Source: Candidatus Hydrogenedentota bacterium
GTDB taxonomy: Bacteria; Hydrogenedentota; Hydrogenedentia; Hydrogenedentales; SLHB01
Reading direction: 5' to 3'
Length of the DNA: 64,000 nt
NCBI GenBank assembly: GCA_029974275.1
Contig: JARKSN010000288.1
Coordinates: 14,231 to 78,230 of the forward strand
Part shown: piece after piece, positions 38,692 to 48,891 of the stretch
Numbering within the stretch: the first letter of the stretch is position 1
Layout: each line of letters opens with the position of its first letter
Position numbers and translations under genes: made by a program
The notes under the pieces: generated by a model
What the model saw: only the letters and a program-made list of their open reading frames with translations
Told to the model about the DNA's origin: nothing
Databases searched by the model: none

Positions 38692-40157
38692 AGCGTGCGC
38701 CATGCGCCTTGGCAACAAGCAAAGAGGCGATCGGCCTCCGGAGGCCCCCAGGTTCCGGGCCGGTACAATTCGGGAAGAGGCGCGTCCTTCCAGGCGTCCC
38801 TCACCGACGTGACGATCCGCCACGCACGCTCGATCTCGTCGGCGCGCATGAACAACGTCGAATCGCCGCGCAGGGCATCCAGCAACAGCCGCTCGTACGC
38901 CTCGGGCAAATCTTGCTCGAACGCCGTGCCATACCGAAAATCCATCGCCACCGGCTCAAGCAGGAATTCCATGCCGGGCGGTTTCGCGCTGAAGGTCAAC
39001 GAGATGGCCTCGTCGGGCTGAATGCGGAACGACAACACGTTGGGTTGCGGCAATTTCACGCCAAGGTCCTTGAAGCATTGCGTTGGAGGCCGGCGGAACT
39101 GAAGGGCGATCTCCGTTACGCGCGAGGCCATGCGCTTGCCGGTTCGAAGGTAGAACGGCACGCCCGCCCAACGCCAGTTGTCGACATACAGACGCAACGC
39201 GACATAGGTTTCCGTTTTGCTATCGGGCGCAACCCCCTGTTCGGCGACGTATCCCGGCATGCCGCCGCCCTCGGCGTACTGTCCGCGCACGCACCACGTT
39301 TCCAGCGGGTCTCCAAAGGGGAGCGCAACGGAGCTGAGGACCTTGAGTTTTTCGTCTCGGATGTCCTGGGCGGCGAAGCGAGCGGGCGGCTCCATCGCAA
39401 CGAGACAGAGCAACTGCAAGGCGTGATTCTGCACGACATCGCGCAGGGCCCCGGTCTGGTCGTAGAACGCGCCGCGCCGGCCTTCCATGCCGACGGTTTC
39501 GGCGACGGTGATCTGCACGTGATCGACGTAGTGGTGATGGAACAACGGTTCGAAGATCGCGTTGCCCAATCGAAACGCGAAGATGTTCTGGACGGTTTCC
39601 TTGCCGAGGTAATGATCGATGCGGTATATCTGACGTTCGCTGAGCACGGCACGCAAGGAACGGTTCAACGCCTCCGCCGACGCGGCGTCCTCGCCAAACG
39701 GCTTTTCCACCACCACCCTCGCCCAAGGCCCCTCCGGGCGATCATCCAACATGCCCGCCGCGCCCAGGCGTTCCGTTACGGGCGCGAAATATTCGGGGCT
39801 CGTCGCGAGATAAAACAACCGCGACCCCGCAAACCCGGCGCGCTGTTCCATGGCGGCAAGCCGTTCGCCAAGCTTGCGGTACTCGGCGGCGGCGGCGCTG
39901 AATTCCAGGGAATGATAGTGCAGATTCGCGACGAACGGATCGCAGGTGTCGCTTTCGCCGTGGCCCGTGCGCGAGTATTTTTTGAGAGCTTCGCACATCT
40001 CCGCGCGGAACTCGGCATCGGTCTTCTGCTTGCGCGCCACCCCAACCACCGCGATGCGCTCCGGCAAAAAGCCCGCGCGCCACAAATTGTAGACCGCGGG
40101 GATCAGTTTGCGCCCCGCCAGATCGCCCGTCACGCCGAAGATGACGATGGTCGCCAT
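38688..40157 (-). CDS. zwf: Glucose-6-phosphate 1-dehydrogenase
   Basis: Start MATIVIFGVTGDLAGRKL (NADP-binding). Active-site RIDHYLGKE. Confidence 0.9.
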   Translation of the reverse strand: MATIVIFGVTGDLAGRKLIPAVYNLWRAGFLPERIAVVGVARKQKTDAEFRAEMCEALKKYSRTGHGESDTCDPFVANLHYHSLEFSAAAAEYRKLGERLAAMEQRAGFAGSRLFYLATSPEYFAPVTERLGAAGMLDDRPEGPWARVVVEKPFGEDAASAEALNRSLRAVLSERQIYRIDHYLGKETVQNIFAFRLGNAIFEPLFHHHYVDHVQITVAETVGMEGRRGAFYDQTGALRDVVQNHALQLLCLVAMEPPARFAAQDIRDEKLKVLSSVALPFGDPLETWCVRGQYAEGGGMPGYVAEQGVAPDSKTETYVALRLYVDNWRWAGVPFYLRTGKRMASRVTEIALQFRRPPTQCFKDLGVKLPQPNVLSFRIQPDEAISLTFSAKPPGMEFLLEPVAMDFRYGTAFEQDLPEAYERLLLDALRGDSTLFMRADEIERAWRIVTSVRDAWKDAPLPELYRPGTWGPPEADRLFACCQGAWRTL

Positions 40158-40380
40158 GGCGTCCGCGGCGATCCGGTAACGGGAATCGCCTGGCGACGGC
40201 GAAGGTTGTTGGAGCGCAGTGGTCGAGATGAAAGACATGCAACACCTCCTGGGCTGTTCGGTCGACGCGTCAAACAGCAGGCCGCATTATGCCACACGCC
40301 GATCCAAGCGCCAAGAGGGGAAGCCGCGATGCCGCATCAGGGGCGCCGCCTTTTCGTCTTCTTTTCGCCGAGGCGCGCTG

Positions 40381-41736
40381 TTACAACGGCTCTTCTTCGG
40401 ACGCGCGCCTGGGGCGGACAATGCGCCGCGGGGGCGGCTGGAGCTTGAATCCCGCGATGCCGCCCGCGATGAGGACATAGATGGGGTTGAGCATGGCGTT
40501 CAAGAGGCCGTCGAGCATGAAAAGCGGCAGCAACAACGCCACGGCCGTCACGGGCGCCAAGGCGGGATGAGACCAATGTCGCACGCGTATCTGGAGCAGC
40601 AACAACGCGACCGGCCCCAAAATGAGCAGCAACAGCGCGCCCAACCCAAACAAGCCCTTCGATCCAAACGTTATGATCCACAGCCCGTCCACGAGGGTCC
40701 GGTCCTCGCCGCTGTCGCTGGTGACGCGCGCCCTCCCCCAGCCGTCCCAGCCAAACACAGGACGCTCCAGGGCCTTGGCCGCCATGCGGTCCTCGGTCGT
40801 CAATCGCACCTGCAGCGAGGCGGCGCGGTCCGGGCCGAAATACGTCTGGGCGCGGGAAATAATGGGGCCCGCTGGAATGATATCGCTGGTGCGCCCGGCA
40901 ATGTACGCCACCGGCAAAAAGATGAGAACCAGCACGACGATCGGCGAACGCAGCCACTTGATGCCCGCCAGAACGCCCAGCCCCAGGAACAGCAACACCG
41001 TCGCCCCCGTGGCCTTGCAACACACCGTGGTGAGACAGAGAAAACCGGAAACCATCCAGCCGGGGATTTTTCGGAAACGCTTCATGGCTCCAGTAACCCA
41101 CAGCCACGAGGCCACAAACGAGGCGGACATCATCCAAATGCCGACCATAAGGCCGTGGCTCATGAAAACCATGGGCCGCCAACCGCCGTAGCGGTACGTC
41201 GAGGAAAAGCTGCTTTGGTAATAGCCGTATATCCAATAGTTGAGCTGGGGACTCATGCGTATCTCGAACCAGCAAAGCGGCGCATAGAAAAGCCCGCCTA
41301 TCAGAATGCCGTAGGCCAGTTCGCGAAGAGACTCAATCCGGGTGAAGTAGAGCCGACCGATGAAGTAGGGCAGTCCCCAATCGATGACATCGCCAAAGCT
41401 GAGCGACAAGCCGTTGTAGATGCCCAGTCCGTTTGCCAACGACGAAAACAGCGAACTGGCGCACCACGCCACGGGAACGAGGTCGAACCATTTGGGCCGG
41501 AACGACGCGAGCCGGCCGGGATCGAGCAGGGCGACGCCCAGCAGCACGCCCAGGGTGGTGGCCATGGCCTTTGTGTATTCCGGCAGTCCCTGCGGGGCCT
41601 TGAAATGGGCGTTCGGCAAAAACAGCCACGCCAGAATGAACGCCGCGATGATGGCGCGGGTCGGCTTGAGCGCGAAAAACAGAAACAGCACGAACGGTAT
41701 CCATCCAAACAACGTCAATGGAACGAGAAAGGTCAT
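40381..41736 (-). CDS. O-antigen ligase / Wzy-like polysaccharide polymerase family membrane protein
   Basis: Start MTFLVPLTLFGW inside ORF 40381..41898. About 10-12 TM segments with a large periplasmic loop. Translationally coupled (ATGA) to the upstream GT4. Confidence 0.7.
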   Translation of the reverse strand: MTFLVPLTLFGWIPFVLFLFFALKPTRAIIAAFILAWLFLPNAHFKAPQGLPEYTKAMATTLGVLLGVALLDPGRLASFRPKWFDLVPVAWCASSLFSSLANGLGIYNGLSLSFGDVIDWGLPYFIGRLYFTRIESLRELAYGILIGGLFYAPLCWFEIRMSPQLNYWIYGYYQSSFSSTYRYGGWRPMVFMSHGLMVGIWMMSASFVASWLWVTGAMKRFRKIPGWMVSGFLCLTTVCCKATGATVLLFLGLGVLAGIKWLRSPIVVLVLIFLPVAYIAGRTSDIIPAGPIISRAQTYFGPDRAASLQVRLTTEDRMAAKALERPVFGWDGWGRARVTSDSGEDRTLVDGLWIITFGSKGLFGLGALLLLILGPVALLLLQIRVRHWSHPALAPVTAVALLLPLFMLDGLLNAMLNPIYVLIAGGIAGFKLQPPPRRIVRPRRASEEEPL

Positions 41737-42845
41737 GGTTGCTGGGCCCTGTCGTTCGCCGGAACCGTCGCAGAACAGGCGACAATGCGCGTCAATTCGC
41801 TCTCGAACAGGCGCGCCGACGTGCGCCAGTCGCGCGCGCAAGCGGTGGCATAGGCCGCGGCGGACATGGCCCGCCACGCATCGTCGGAAAGCCCGCACAG
41901 CCGTTCGATGGCGTCGGCCATGGCATCGGCGTCGCCGCGTTGTATCAGATAACCGCCCCCGTTTGCCAGCAGTTCCGGAGCCGCCCCGGCGCAGGTGGCG
42001 ATCACCGGCGTGCGACAGGCCATGGACTCAAGCAAGGGAAGCCCATATCCTTCTTGGCGGCTGCTCCACAACCAGGCATCGCACGAAGCATAGATGCCGC
42101 GCAAGGCCTGTTGCGCGGGCCGCAGCGTGTAGGCGGTCTTCGGGGGCAACGGCAGGGCGCCGGAGGGAGGCGTTGCGCCGAAAGCGACTGCCCGAAGCCC
42201 TGGAATGCGTGTGCGCGCGCGCTCGATGGCGCGAATCGCGACGTCCACGGACTTGAGCGGCGAGGTCGAATACACGAAGCCAACCGTTGGCGCGGCCTGT
42301 TTGCCGCGTTCCGGGGCACGGAAAACGTCCAGGTCCACGCCGTTGGGCACGAGCGCGACATCATGCACGCCGAAACGCTCCGCCGCCACATCCACCAACC
42401 ACTGCGACACGGCAATGCGATGCATGGGATGGCGCCATGCCGCATCGCAACGAACATCATCATCGTCGGAAGACTTCTCGTATCCCTGGGCGAAGTAGAC
42501 CTTCTGGCCCTTTCGCGCCGGAAACGAGGCGATCCAGTTCGCGGTGGCCCACCATGTGGCGACGATAACGTCCGCGTCGGGAACGTCGTCCGCCTCGACA
42601 GGGCGAAAGTCCCGCAACACACGGTGGGGAACGTCCAACGCATCCACATGCGACGAAACCGCGCCGACAGACGCACGCTTTCCCTGGACCAGGGCCCTAA
42701 GCCTTTCGCGAAAAGAAAGAGGCCGCGGCGGACGCGAGACGACAAGAACCTCGTGTCCCTGTCGCCGAAGGCTGTCGGCGTACATCGCCACGACGCGCAC
42801 GCCCCCCGAAAGGTCGGCATGCGCCAGCACAAAGGTCACTCGCAT
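41733..42845 (-). CDS. Glycosyltransferase family 4 (GT-B)
   Basis: 370 aa. C-terminal ...EGYGLPLLESMACRTPVIATCAGAAPELL... matches the GT4 E(X7)E-type motif. Confidence 0.85.
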   Translation of the reverse strand: MRVTFVLAHADLSGGVRVVAMYADSLRRQGHEVLVVSRPPRPLSFRERLRALVQGKRASVGAVSSHVDALDVPHRVLRDFRPVEADDVPDADVIVATWWATANWIASFPARKGQKVYFAQGYEKSSDDDDVRCDAAWRHPMHRIAVSQWLVDVAAERFGVHDVALVPNGVDLDVFRAPERGKQAAPTVGFVYSTSPLKSVDVAIRAIERARTRIPGLRAVAFGATPPSGALPLPPKTAYTLRPAQQALRGIYASCDAWLWSSRQEGYGLPLLESMACRTPVIATCAGAAPELLANGGGYLIQRGDADAMADAIERLCGLSDDAWRAMSAAAYATACARDWRTSARLFESELTRIVACSATVPANDRAQQP

Positions 42846-42860
42846 GGCGCATCTTTCATA

Positions 42861-43760
42861 TCAACGTCCCCTCCAGGCGCAGAAGGCGGCGCGCCATGAC
42901 CCGACGCGGAAGGGCTCTCGAAACAACGCCCGGCAGGCATGTTTTCGCGCGGTGGCGACATGTCCGGCATCCAGAGCCCACCACGCCCATTTGAGATGTT
43001 GCGCCGCCAGAGACAGGGGGGCTTCATCCACCTGCAGCAGCGAATCGCCAGGTTCCGGAAGGTTCCTGCGCGCATACGCGTCGCGCAAAACAGCCTCGGT
43101 GCAACGGCGCGTCACGTCGGCTCGGGCATGGCTGACGCTGCGCGAATGTTGCCGGTATTTCAGCACGCGCTGCGGCACGTTGGCCAACTTGCCCCGTTCG
43201 GCAAACCGCAGGAACAAATCGAGGTCTTCGCCCGCGGCAAACGCTTCGCGGTACCCGCCAATCGCCAGGGCCGCCTCGCGCCGGAACATCGACGCCGGAT
43301 GCGCCAACGCGCCGCCCTGCCCTTGCATGTGAAATCGGTCGATGTCCTCGTGCGCCTCATGCGTGCACGCCTCACGAATCGGCCATCCCTCCGCGTCCAC
43401 GATCAGAATGCGCCCGCCCACCGCCAAACATTCGGGATGGGCGTCCAGATACGCCGCTTGCAGCGCAAGACGATCCGGCAAGGAGACATCGTCGGCATCC
43501 ATGACCGCAACGCACTCGCCCTGCGCCAACCCAAGGGCCTCATTGCGCGTGGGCGTAATGCCGCGATTGGGGCGGCTTATCATGCGGATGCGGCCGTCGC
43601 GCTGCGCATAGTCCTCGATGATTGCCCGCGACTCGTCGGTCGAACCATCGTCGATGATGATGAATTCAAACTCGCGAAGGGTCTGATCGAGCATGCTCTC
43701 GATCGCCTCGCGAAGATAGGGGCCAGCGTTGTAAACAGGCATGGCGACGCTGACGCGCAT
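42861..43760 (-). CDS. Glycosyltransferase family 2 (GT-A), paralog A
   Basis: Start MRVSVAMPVYNAGPYLREAIESMLDQT; DDGSTD; DADD motif. Confidence 0.85.
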   Translation of the reverse strand: MRVSVAMPVYNAGPYLREAIESMLDQTLREFEFIIIDDGSTDESRAIIEDYAQRDGRIRMISRPNRGITPTRNEALGLAQGECVAVMDADDVSLPDRLALQAAYLDAHPECLAVGGRILIVDAEGWPIREACTHEAHEDIDRFHMQGQGGALAHPASMFRREAALAIGGYREAFAAGEDLDLFLRFAERGKLANVPQRVLKYRQHSRSVSHARADVTRRCTEAVLRDAYARRNLPEPGDSLLQVDEAPLSLAAQHLKWAWWALDAGHVATARKHACRALFREPFRVGSWRAAFCAWRGR

Positions 43761-44692
43761 TACCCCGCCCTCCGGGTCGGCTTCACCAGGGCGCATACAA
43801 GAAGCCGCCACCCTTCCATGGAAAAAGGCCGCGCCGCAATGGCTTTGCCGCCATACGCCCGGGCGGTATGCCGCTCGCCGCTATTGAAGGCCCACCAGCC
43901 GTATTTAAGCGCGAAACGATGCTTCGACAGGCGGTCTTCGCCGGGTCGCCAAGGCGCGTCGGCCTCGAAGGACGATGCCACGCCCCGTCGCTCGCAGGCG
44001 CGCGCACACGCCAAGCGCATGCGATCAATTTGCCGGGAGCCTGCGGCCTCGCTCACCGACGCCGGGTGCAGCCGGTACTGCAACACGGTCTCGGGAACAT
44101 TGGCCAACTCCCCTTGCTCGCCTAGCCTGAGCCACAGGTCCAAGTCTTCGGCGAGCATCATATCGGGGTCATATGCTCCAGCGGCAAGCACGGCCTCCTT
44201 GCGCATAACCGCCGTCGGGTGGCAGATCGGAGTCTTGCCCTGCAGGGCCAGTTCTTGGATGCGCGCATTGCCCTGCGCGACGGGTATCCGCGTGATCCGA
44301 CGGCCCTTCTCGTCTATGACATCGATTCCGCCGCCTGCGCACACAACCTCGGGATGCGCCGCTAGGAAGTCCGCCTGCACGCGCAGCCGATGGGGCAAGG
44401 CGATATCGTCGGCGTCCATGCGCGCGATGAACGGCGCACGGGCAAGGGCAATGCCTTCGTTCAAGGACGCGACCAATCCCCGGTTCTCGCGCCGGACAAG
44501 CCGGATGCGCGGATCGCGTCGGGCATAGTCGTCGAGAATCTCCGCCGATCCATCGGTCGAACCGTCGTCGATGATGAGGAACTCGAAGTCGACGAAGTCC
44601 TGATCGAGAATGCTCTCCACGGCCTTGGCGACGTAGCGGCGCGCGTTGTACACCGGCATAAGGACGCTGAGGGAAACGTCGCGATCACGCAT
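43760..44692 (-). CDS. Glycosyltransferase family 2 (GT-A), paralog B
   Basis: Start MRDRDVSLSVLMPVYNARRYVAKAVESILDQD; DDGSTD; DADD. About 45% identical to paralog A. Its stop overlaps paralog A's start. Confidence 0.85.
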   Translation of the reverse strand: MRDRDVSLSVLMPVYNARRYVAKAVESILDQDFVDFEFLIIDDGSTDGSAEILDDYARRDPRIRLVRRENRGLVASLNEGIALARAPFIARMDADDIALPHRLRVQADFLAAHPEVVCAGGGIDVIDEKGRRITRIPVAQGNARIQELALQGKTPICHPTAVMRKEAVLAAGAYDPDMMLAEDLDLWLRLGEQGELANVPETVLQYRLHPASVSEAAGSRQIDRMRLACARACERRGVASSFEADAPWRPGEDRLSKHRFALKYGWWAFNSGERHTARAYGGKAIAARPFSMEGWRLLVCALVKPTRRAG

Positions 44693-45953
44693 GCGCCAGC
44701 GTCTCCTGCACAAAACGCGCATACGCCGCGCGCCCGGCCGCTATCTGCCGTTCCGCAGCGATCAGAAGCGGCGCCCGCGCATCGTCCGCCGATTCCCATG
44801 CCTGATTCAAATTCTCCATCAACCGCATTTCCAGCGCCGGATCGTCCAGAAACACGACAACGCACCCCGCGCCAAAGGCCTCCATCAACCCGAGAAACTT
44901 GTCCGTATAGTACGGAGACCGCGCCAACGCGACAACCGGAATGCCTTGCGACAACGCAAACACGCCCGCATGATAACTGCCCGTGAGCGCGACGCGGCAC
45001 TTGCCGGCCTGGCGGATGATCGATTGCGGCGTGTCCGTACACGCGGCGTCCAGGGGCATATCGGAGCCAAGGAGCGCGCGAATCGAGGCGAGATCGTCCT
45101 GACCCTCATAAAAAGATATCGGAAGCGCATGCAACGCGGCCCCCCGGCGCGCCGCAAACTCTTTGATGACTCGGCCTGTCTTGGCCAGTTGCTCGGGGTC
45201 GATATCGGAATAGGAGGTCAATCGCACATTGACGCCAAGCCCAGTCCCCAGCGCGTCCGGACGTTCCGCATGCGCCAACTCGATGGCGTCATCGCCCGTA
45301 ACCAGCAGCCGTTCGCCGGGAACGCCGAGACGCTGCAGCAGATCGACGCCCCGGCGCCTTTCCCGCAACGCGATGAGGTCGGCGCGACGAAAAACCTGCC
45401 GGGCTGTTTTACGCAGCGACACATTATCGAGGGGGCCAATGCCTTGGCCGAAAAAAGCCGTGGGTTTGCGTCGCTGTTGCGCCAAGCGCAGCGTGTGAAG
45501 CGTCGCCGCGGCGTGAACGGCAAACACGTCCGTCAGATAACCGCCGCCGCTGGCGACCACGGCATCCGCGGCATCGATGGCTTCCAAGAAAGCGCGCATC
45601 GTATCGGTCTCGATTCCCCGGCGCGCCATGCGCGCTGAAATCACGCCGGCGCTGAATCGAGAGCCATTCACCCGAAGAAAATCCTCGCATGCGGCAAGCG
45701 CCGACTCGGCACACGCAAACAGCCGGAACAAGGGGCCGAGGATGTTGCGCTGTTGCAGCCATACGCGACGGCCTTGCGTCGAGAGCGGCGCAACGCCCGG
45801 ACACTGCGCGGCCAACTTGTCCGGATTCGACGTCAACGCCGTGAATCGCGCGCCCGGAACCAACGCGCGAAAACGCGCGACCAGCGCCTGCAGCATGGCC
45901 GCGTCGCCCACGTTGCGAAAATCATAGCTGCCGTTGTCAACGAGAATATGCAT
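44685..45953 (-). CDS. Polysaccharide pyruvyl transferase family protein (CsaB/WcaK-like)
   Basis: Start MHILVDNGSYDFRNVGDAAM inside ORF 44685..46028. C-terminal ...CRVALTGSYHAGVFALSQGIPVVAL is typical of PF04230. Confidence 0.8.
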   Translation of the reverse strand: MHILVDNGSYDFRNVGDAAMLQALVARFRALVPGARFTALTSNPDKLAAQCPGVAPLSTQGRRVWLQQRNILGPLFRLFACAESALAACEDFLRVNGSRFSAGVISARMARRGIETDTMRAFLEAIDAADAVVASGGGYLTDVFAVHAAATLHTLRLAQQRRKPTAFFGQGIGPLDNVSLRKTARQVFRRADLIALRERRRGVDLLQRLGVPGERLLVTGDDAIELAHAERPDALGTGLGVNVRLTSYSDIDPEQLAKTGRVIKEFAARRGAALHALPISFYEGQDDLASIRALLGSDMPLDAACTDTPQSIIRQAGKCRVALTGSYHAGVFALSQGIPVVALARSPYYTDKFLGLMEAFGAGCVVVFLDDPALEMRLMENLNQAWESADDARAPLLIAAERQIAAGRAAYARFVQETLAHA

Positions 45954-46057
45954 CTTTCGTCCGCAAATCTTCCCCATGCACATCGGAACCTTGGCGATAG
46001 TGTGGGGCCTGATGCCGGAAGAAAGCAAGAGCGGGGAGCGCCTTTCACAAGGCGATT

Positions 46058-46087
46058 TTGATTCGTTCCAGCGCCCGGCGGTACAAT
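46058..46087 (+). promoter_or_regulatory. Candidate sigma70 promoter for cysS (TTGATT-18-TACAAT)
   Basis: TTGATTcgttccagcgcccggcgGTACAAT, about 50 nt upstream of the cysS ATG. Confidence 0.45.
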
Positions 46088-46137
46088 CCCCCTTTCGCGC
46101 GCGGAATGGTCATGCGCGTCGAATACCCGGAGCGGCC

Positions 46138-47532
46138 ATGGCGATTCAGTTTTACAACACGTTGACGCGTCAAAAGGAAATTTTCGAGCCGATCGATCCG
46201 GGCAAGGTCGGGCTGTACACCTGCGGCCCGACGGTCTACAACTTCGCGCATATCGGCAACTTGCGAACGTTCACCTTCGAGGATTTGCTGCGCCGGCACC
46301 TAGAGTACCGCGGATATGCCGTCCGCCACGTCAAAAACATCACGGATGTGGAAGATAAAATCATTCGCACCTGCCGCGAAACCGGCGAATCGCTGAAGGC
46401 CCTGACCACGCGCTTTTTCGACGCGTTCCTGCAGGACATCGACGCCATCGGCTTGTTGCGCGCCACGGAGTACCCGCGCGCCACGGATCACATCAACGAC
46501 ATCGTGGCGTTGATTCAAACGCTGCTTGAGAAAGGCTACGCGTATGAATCTGACGGCAGCGTCTATTTCCGGCTCGGGGCATTCAAGGATTACGGCAAGC
46601 TGAGCCACCACGATCTCGACGCCTTGAAGACGGGGGCGAGCGGCCGCGTGGATTCCGACGAGTATGCCACGGAAGACGCGCGCGACTTCGCGTTGTGGAA
46701 GGCATGGGACGAAGAAGACGGCTCGGTCTTTTGGGAAACGGCCATTGGCAAGGGGCGGCCCGGTTGGCACATCGAGTGTTCGGCAATGAGCACGAAAAGC
46801 CTTGGCCCAACGTTCGATATCCATTCTGGCGGCATCGATCTGATGTTTCCGCATCACGAGAACGAGATCGCGCAGTCGGAAGCCGCGACGGGCAAGCCCT
46901 TCGTGCGGTACTGGCTGCATTGCGAGCACTTGATCGTCGAAGGCCGCAAAATGTCGAAGTCGCTCAATAACTTTTTCACGCTGCGCGACCTGCTCGATCG
47001 AGGCTACGACCCGACGGCCCTGCGATATGTCCTCATCTCGACCCATTACCGGCAGCGCCTCAACTTCTCGTTCGACGCCGTCGAGGCGGCGAAGGAAACC
47101 CTCAATCGGGTGCGCGATTTCCGACTGCGCCTGCGCGCCGTGACGGGGGAAGGCCCCGATCTCATCGAAGAAACGACGCATTGCGAGGCAAAATTCGCGG
47201 CAGCGTTGGACGACGACCTGAATATCGCCGAGGCGATGGCCGCCGTGTTCGATTTCATTCGCGACACGAACAAGCTCATTGATCAGAATGGCGTGAGCCT
47301 GCAGGGCGCGGCCAACGCGGAAGCCATGTTGGATCGGCTCGACACGGTCGTGGGCGTTTTCGGCATGCCGGCAGAAGAAGCCCCGGAAGACGTGCAGGCG
47401 CTGGCCTTGGAACGGCAAGCGGCCCGCCGCGCAAAAGATTTCAAACGCGCCGATGCAATCCGGGACGAACTCGCCGCCAACGGCTGGATCATCGAAGACA
47501 CGCCGGACGGGCCGCGGCTAAAACGATCGTAG
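46138..47532 (+). CDS. cysS: Cysteine--tRNA ligase
   Basis: Start MAIQFYNTLTRQKEIF. HIGN and KMSKS motifs. Zn-binding Cys. Confidence 0.95.
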   Translation: MAIQFYNTLTRQKEIFEPIDPGKVGLYTCGPTVYNFAHIGNLRTFTFEDLLRRHLEYRGYAVRHVKNITDVEDKIIRTCRETGESLKALTTRFFDAFLQDIDAIGLLRATEYPRATDHINDIVALIQTLLEKGYAYESDGSVYFRLGAFKDYGKLSHHDLDALKTGASGRVDSDEYATEDARDFALWKAWDEEDGSVFWETAIGKGRPGWHIECSAMSTKSLGPTFDIHSGGIDLMFPHHENEIAQSEAATGKPFVRYWLHCEHLIVEGRKMSKSLNNFFTLRDLLDRGYDPTALRYVLISTHYRQRLNFSFDAVEAAKETLNRVRDFRLRLRAVTGEGPDLIEETTHCEAKFAAALDDDLNIAEAMAAVFDFIRDTNKLIDQNGVSLQGAANAEAMLDRLDTVVGVFGMPAEEAPEDVQALALERQAARRAKDFKRADAIRDELAANGWIIEDTPDGPRLKRS

Positions 47533-47534
47533 GA

Positions 47535-47685
47535 GAGGGAAAGCCTTTTTGAAAAAAGGTTTCCACCGGACCTCTTTCCAAAAACTTTTTATGGGTACGC
47601 AGCGCACGCACAAGACCTTGACAGAATTCTCAGAAAGGAGTCTGGGGGAGCTTTTCTTTTCCAAAAAGAATTTCTCCGGCAGACG
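47535..47685. repeat. Family-1 nested palindromic intergenic repeat, copy C (lower-GC, degenerate; cysS-larC intergenic)
   Basis: GGGAAAGCCTTTTTGAAAAAAGGTTTCC hairpin + GGACCTCTTTCC + centre ...GCGCACGCA... + GGAGTCTGGGGGAGC + TTTTCCAAAAAGAA. Same modular order as copies A and B. Confidence 0.6.
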
Positions 47686-47700
47686 TTGCAAGGAGATCCC

Positions 47701-48891
47701 ATGAAAGCGATCTACTTCGACTGCTATTCGGGCGCGAGCGGCGACATGATCCTTGGCGCATTGATCGATGCGGGCGCTGATTTTCAACGCCTGCGCCAGG
47801 GGCTCGAATCGCTTAAGGTGCCAGGCTACACGATCGCGATCGAACATGTGGCGAGGAAGGGCGTCAAAGCCTGCCAATTCCGCGTCGTCATCGACGAGAC
47901 CCACGTGGCGCCACATCGGCGCCTGCGCCATATCCTCGAAATCATTGACGCCGGCGATCTGCCGCAGGAAGTGAAGACGGCGGCGGCGCGCACGTTCCAG
48001 CGCATCGCGGAAGTCGAAGCGGCGATCCACGGCACGACCATCGAGAAGGTCCATTTCCACGAGATCGGCGCCATCGACTCTATCGTGGACGTTGTCGGGG
48101 CGCATTTGGCCCTGCACGACTTGGGCGTTGATCGGGTCTATGCCTCGGCATTGCACGTGGGAAGCGGGACGGTGCAGTGCAACCACGGCTTAATGCCCGT
48201 GCCGGCGCCGGCGACCGCGGCATTGCTGGAGGGCATCCCGTGTTACGGCGGAGACGTGCCGGGCGAACTGGTTACCCCGACGGGCGCGGCGTTGCTGGCG
48301 CAGATGGCAAAGCAATTCGGCCCAATGCCCGCAATGCGCATCGCAAAAATCGGCTATGGCGGCGGCACGCGCGATCTCCAAGATCGCCCCAATGTCCTGC
48401 GGGTGCTGGTCGGCGATCTCACCGAAGAAGCCGACCCGCACGATCGCATTGTGGTCATGGAGGCCATGGTTGACGACATGCAGCCGGAGCTTTTCCCGCC
48501 GTTTATCGCGGACGTGTTGACGGCGGGCGCCCGCGACGCGTTTCTGACGCCCGTGATCGGCAAGAAAGGCCGCCCGGCGTATGTAGTCACAATCCTGTGC
48601 GATGAGGAAAAATCGAGCGACATCACGCGAGCCCTATTCCACGCCACGACCACGATTGGCGTGCGCATGCGGACCGAGCATCGCGTGTGCTTGCCGCGCG
48701 AGTTGCGCGCCGTGCGCACGCCATGGGGCGCCGTGCGCGTGAAGGTCACCATGCTGGAAGGCGAGACTCATACGGCCGCGCCGGAATTCGAAGATTGCCG
48801 CGCGCGCGCGGAAGAGGCGAAGGCGCCGGTGCGACGCGTGTACGAGGCGGCCTTGGCCGCGGCGCTGAAGGGGGAGTTCGAGCATGAGTAA
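47701..48891 (+). CDS. larC: LarC-family nickel insertion protein (pyridinium-3,5-bisthiocarboxylic acid mononucleotide nickel chelatase, formerly UPF0272/DUF111)
   Basis: Start MKAIYFDCYSGASGDMILGALIDAGADF with AAGGAG RBS, about 397 aa. Confidence 0.85.
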   Translation: MKAIYFDCYSGASGDMILGALIDAGADFQRLRQGLESLKVPGYTIAIEHVARKGVKACQFRVVIDETHVAPHRRLRHILEIIDAGDLPQEVKTAAARTFQRIAEVEAAIHGTTIEKVHFHEIGAIDSIVDVVGAHLALHDLGVDRVYASALHVGSGTVQCNHGLMPVPAPATAALLEGIPCYGGDVPGELVTPTGAALLAQMAKQFGPMPAMRIAKIGYGGGTRDLQDRPNVLRVLVGDLTEEADPHDRIVVMEAMVDDMQPELFPPFIADVLTAGARDAFLTPVIGKKGRPAYVVTILCDEEKSSDITRALFHATTTIGVRMRTEHRVCLPRELRAVRTPWGAVRVKVTMLEGETHTAAPEFEDCRARAEEAKAPVRRVYEAALAAALKGEFEHE

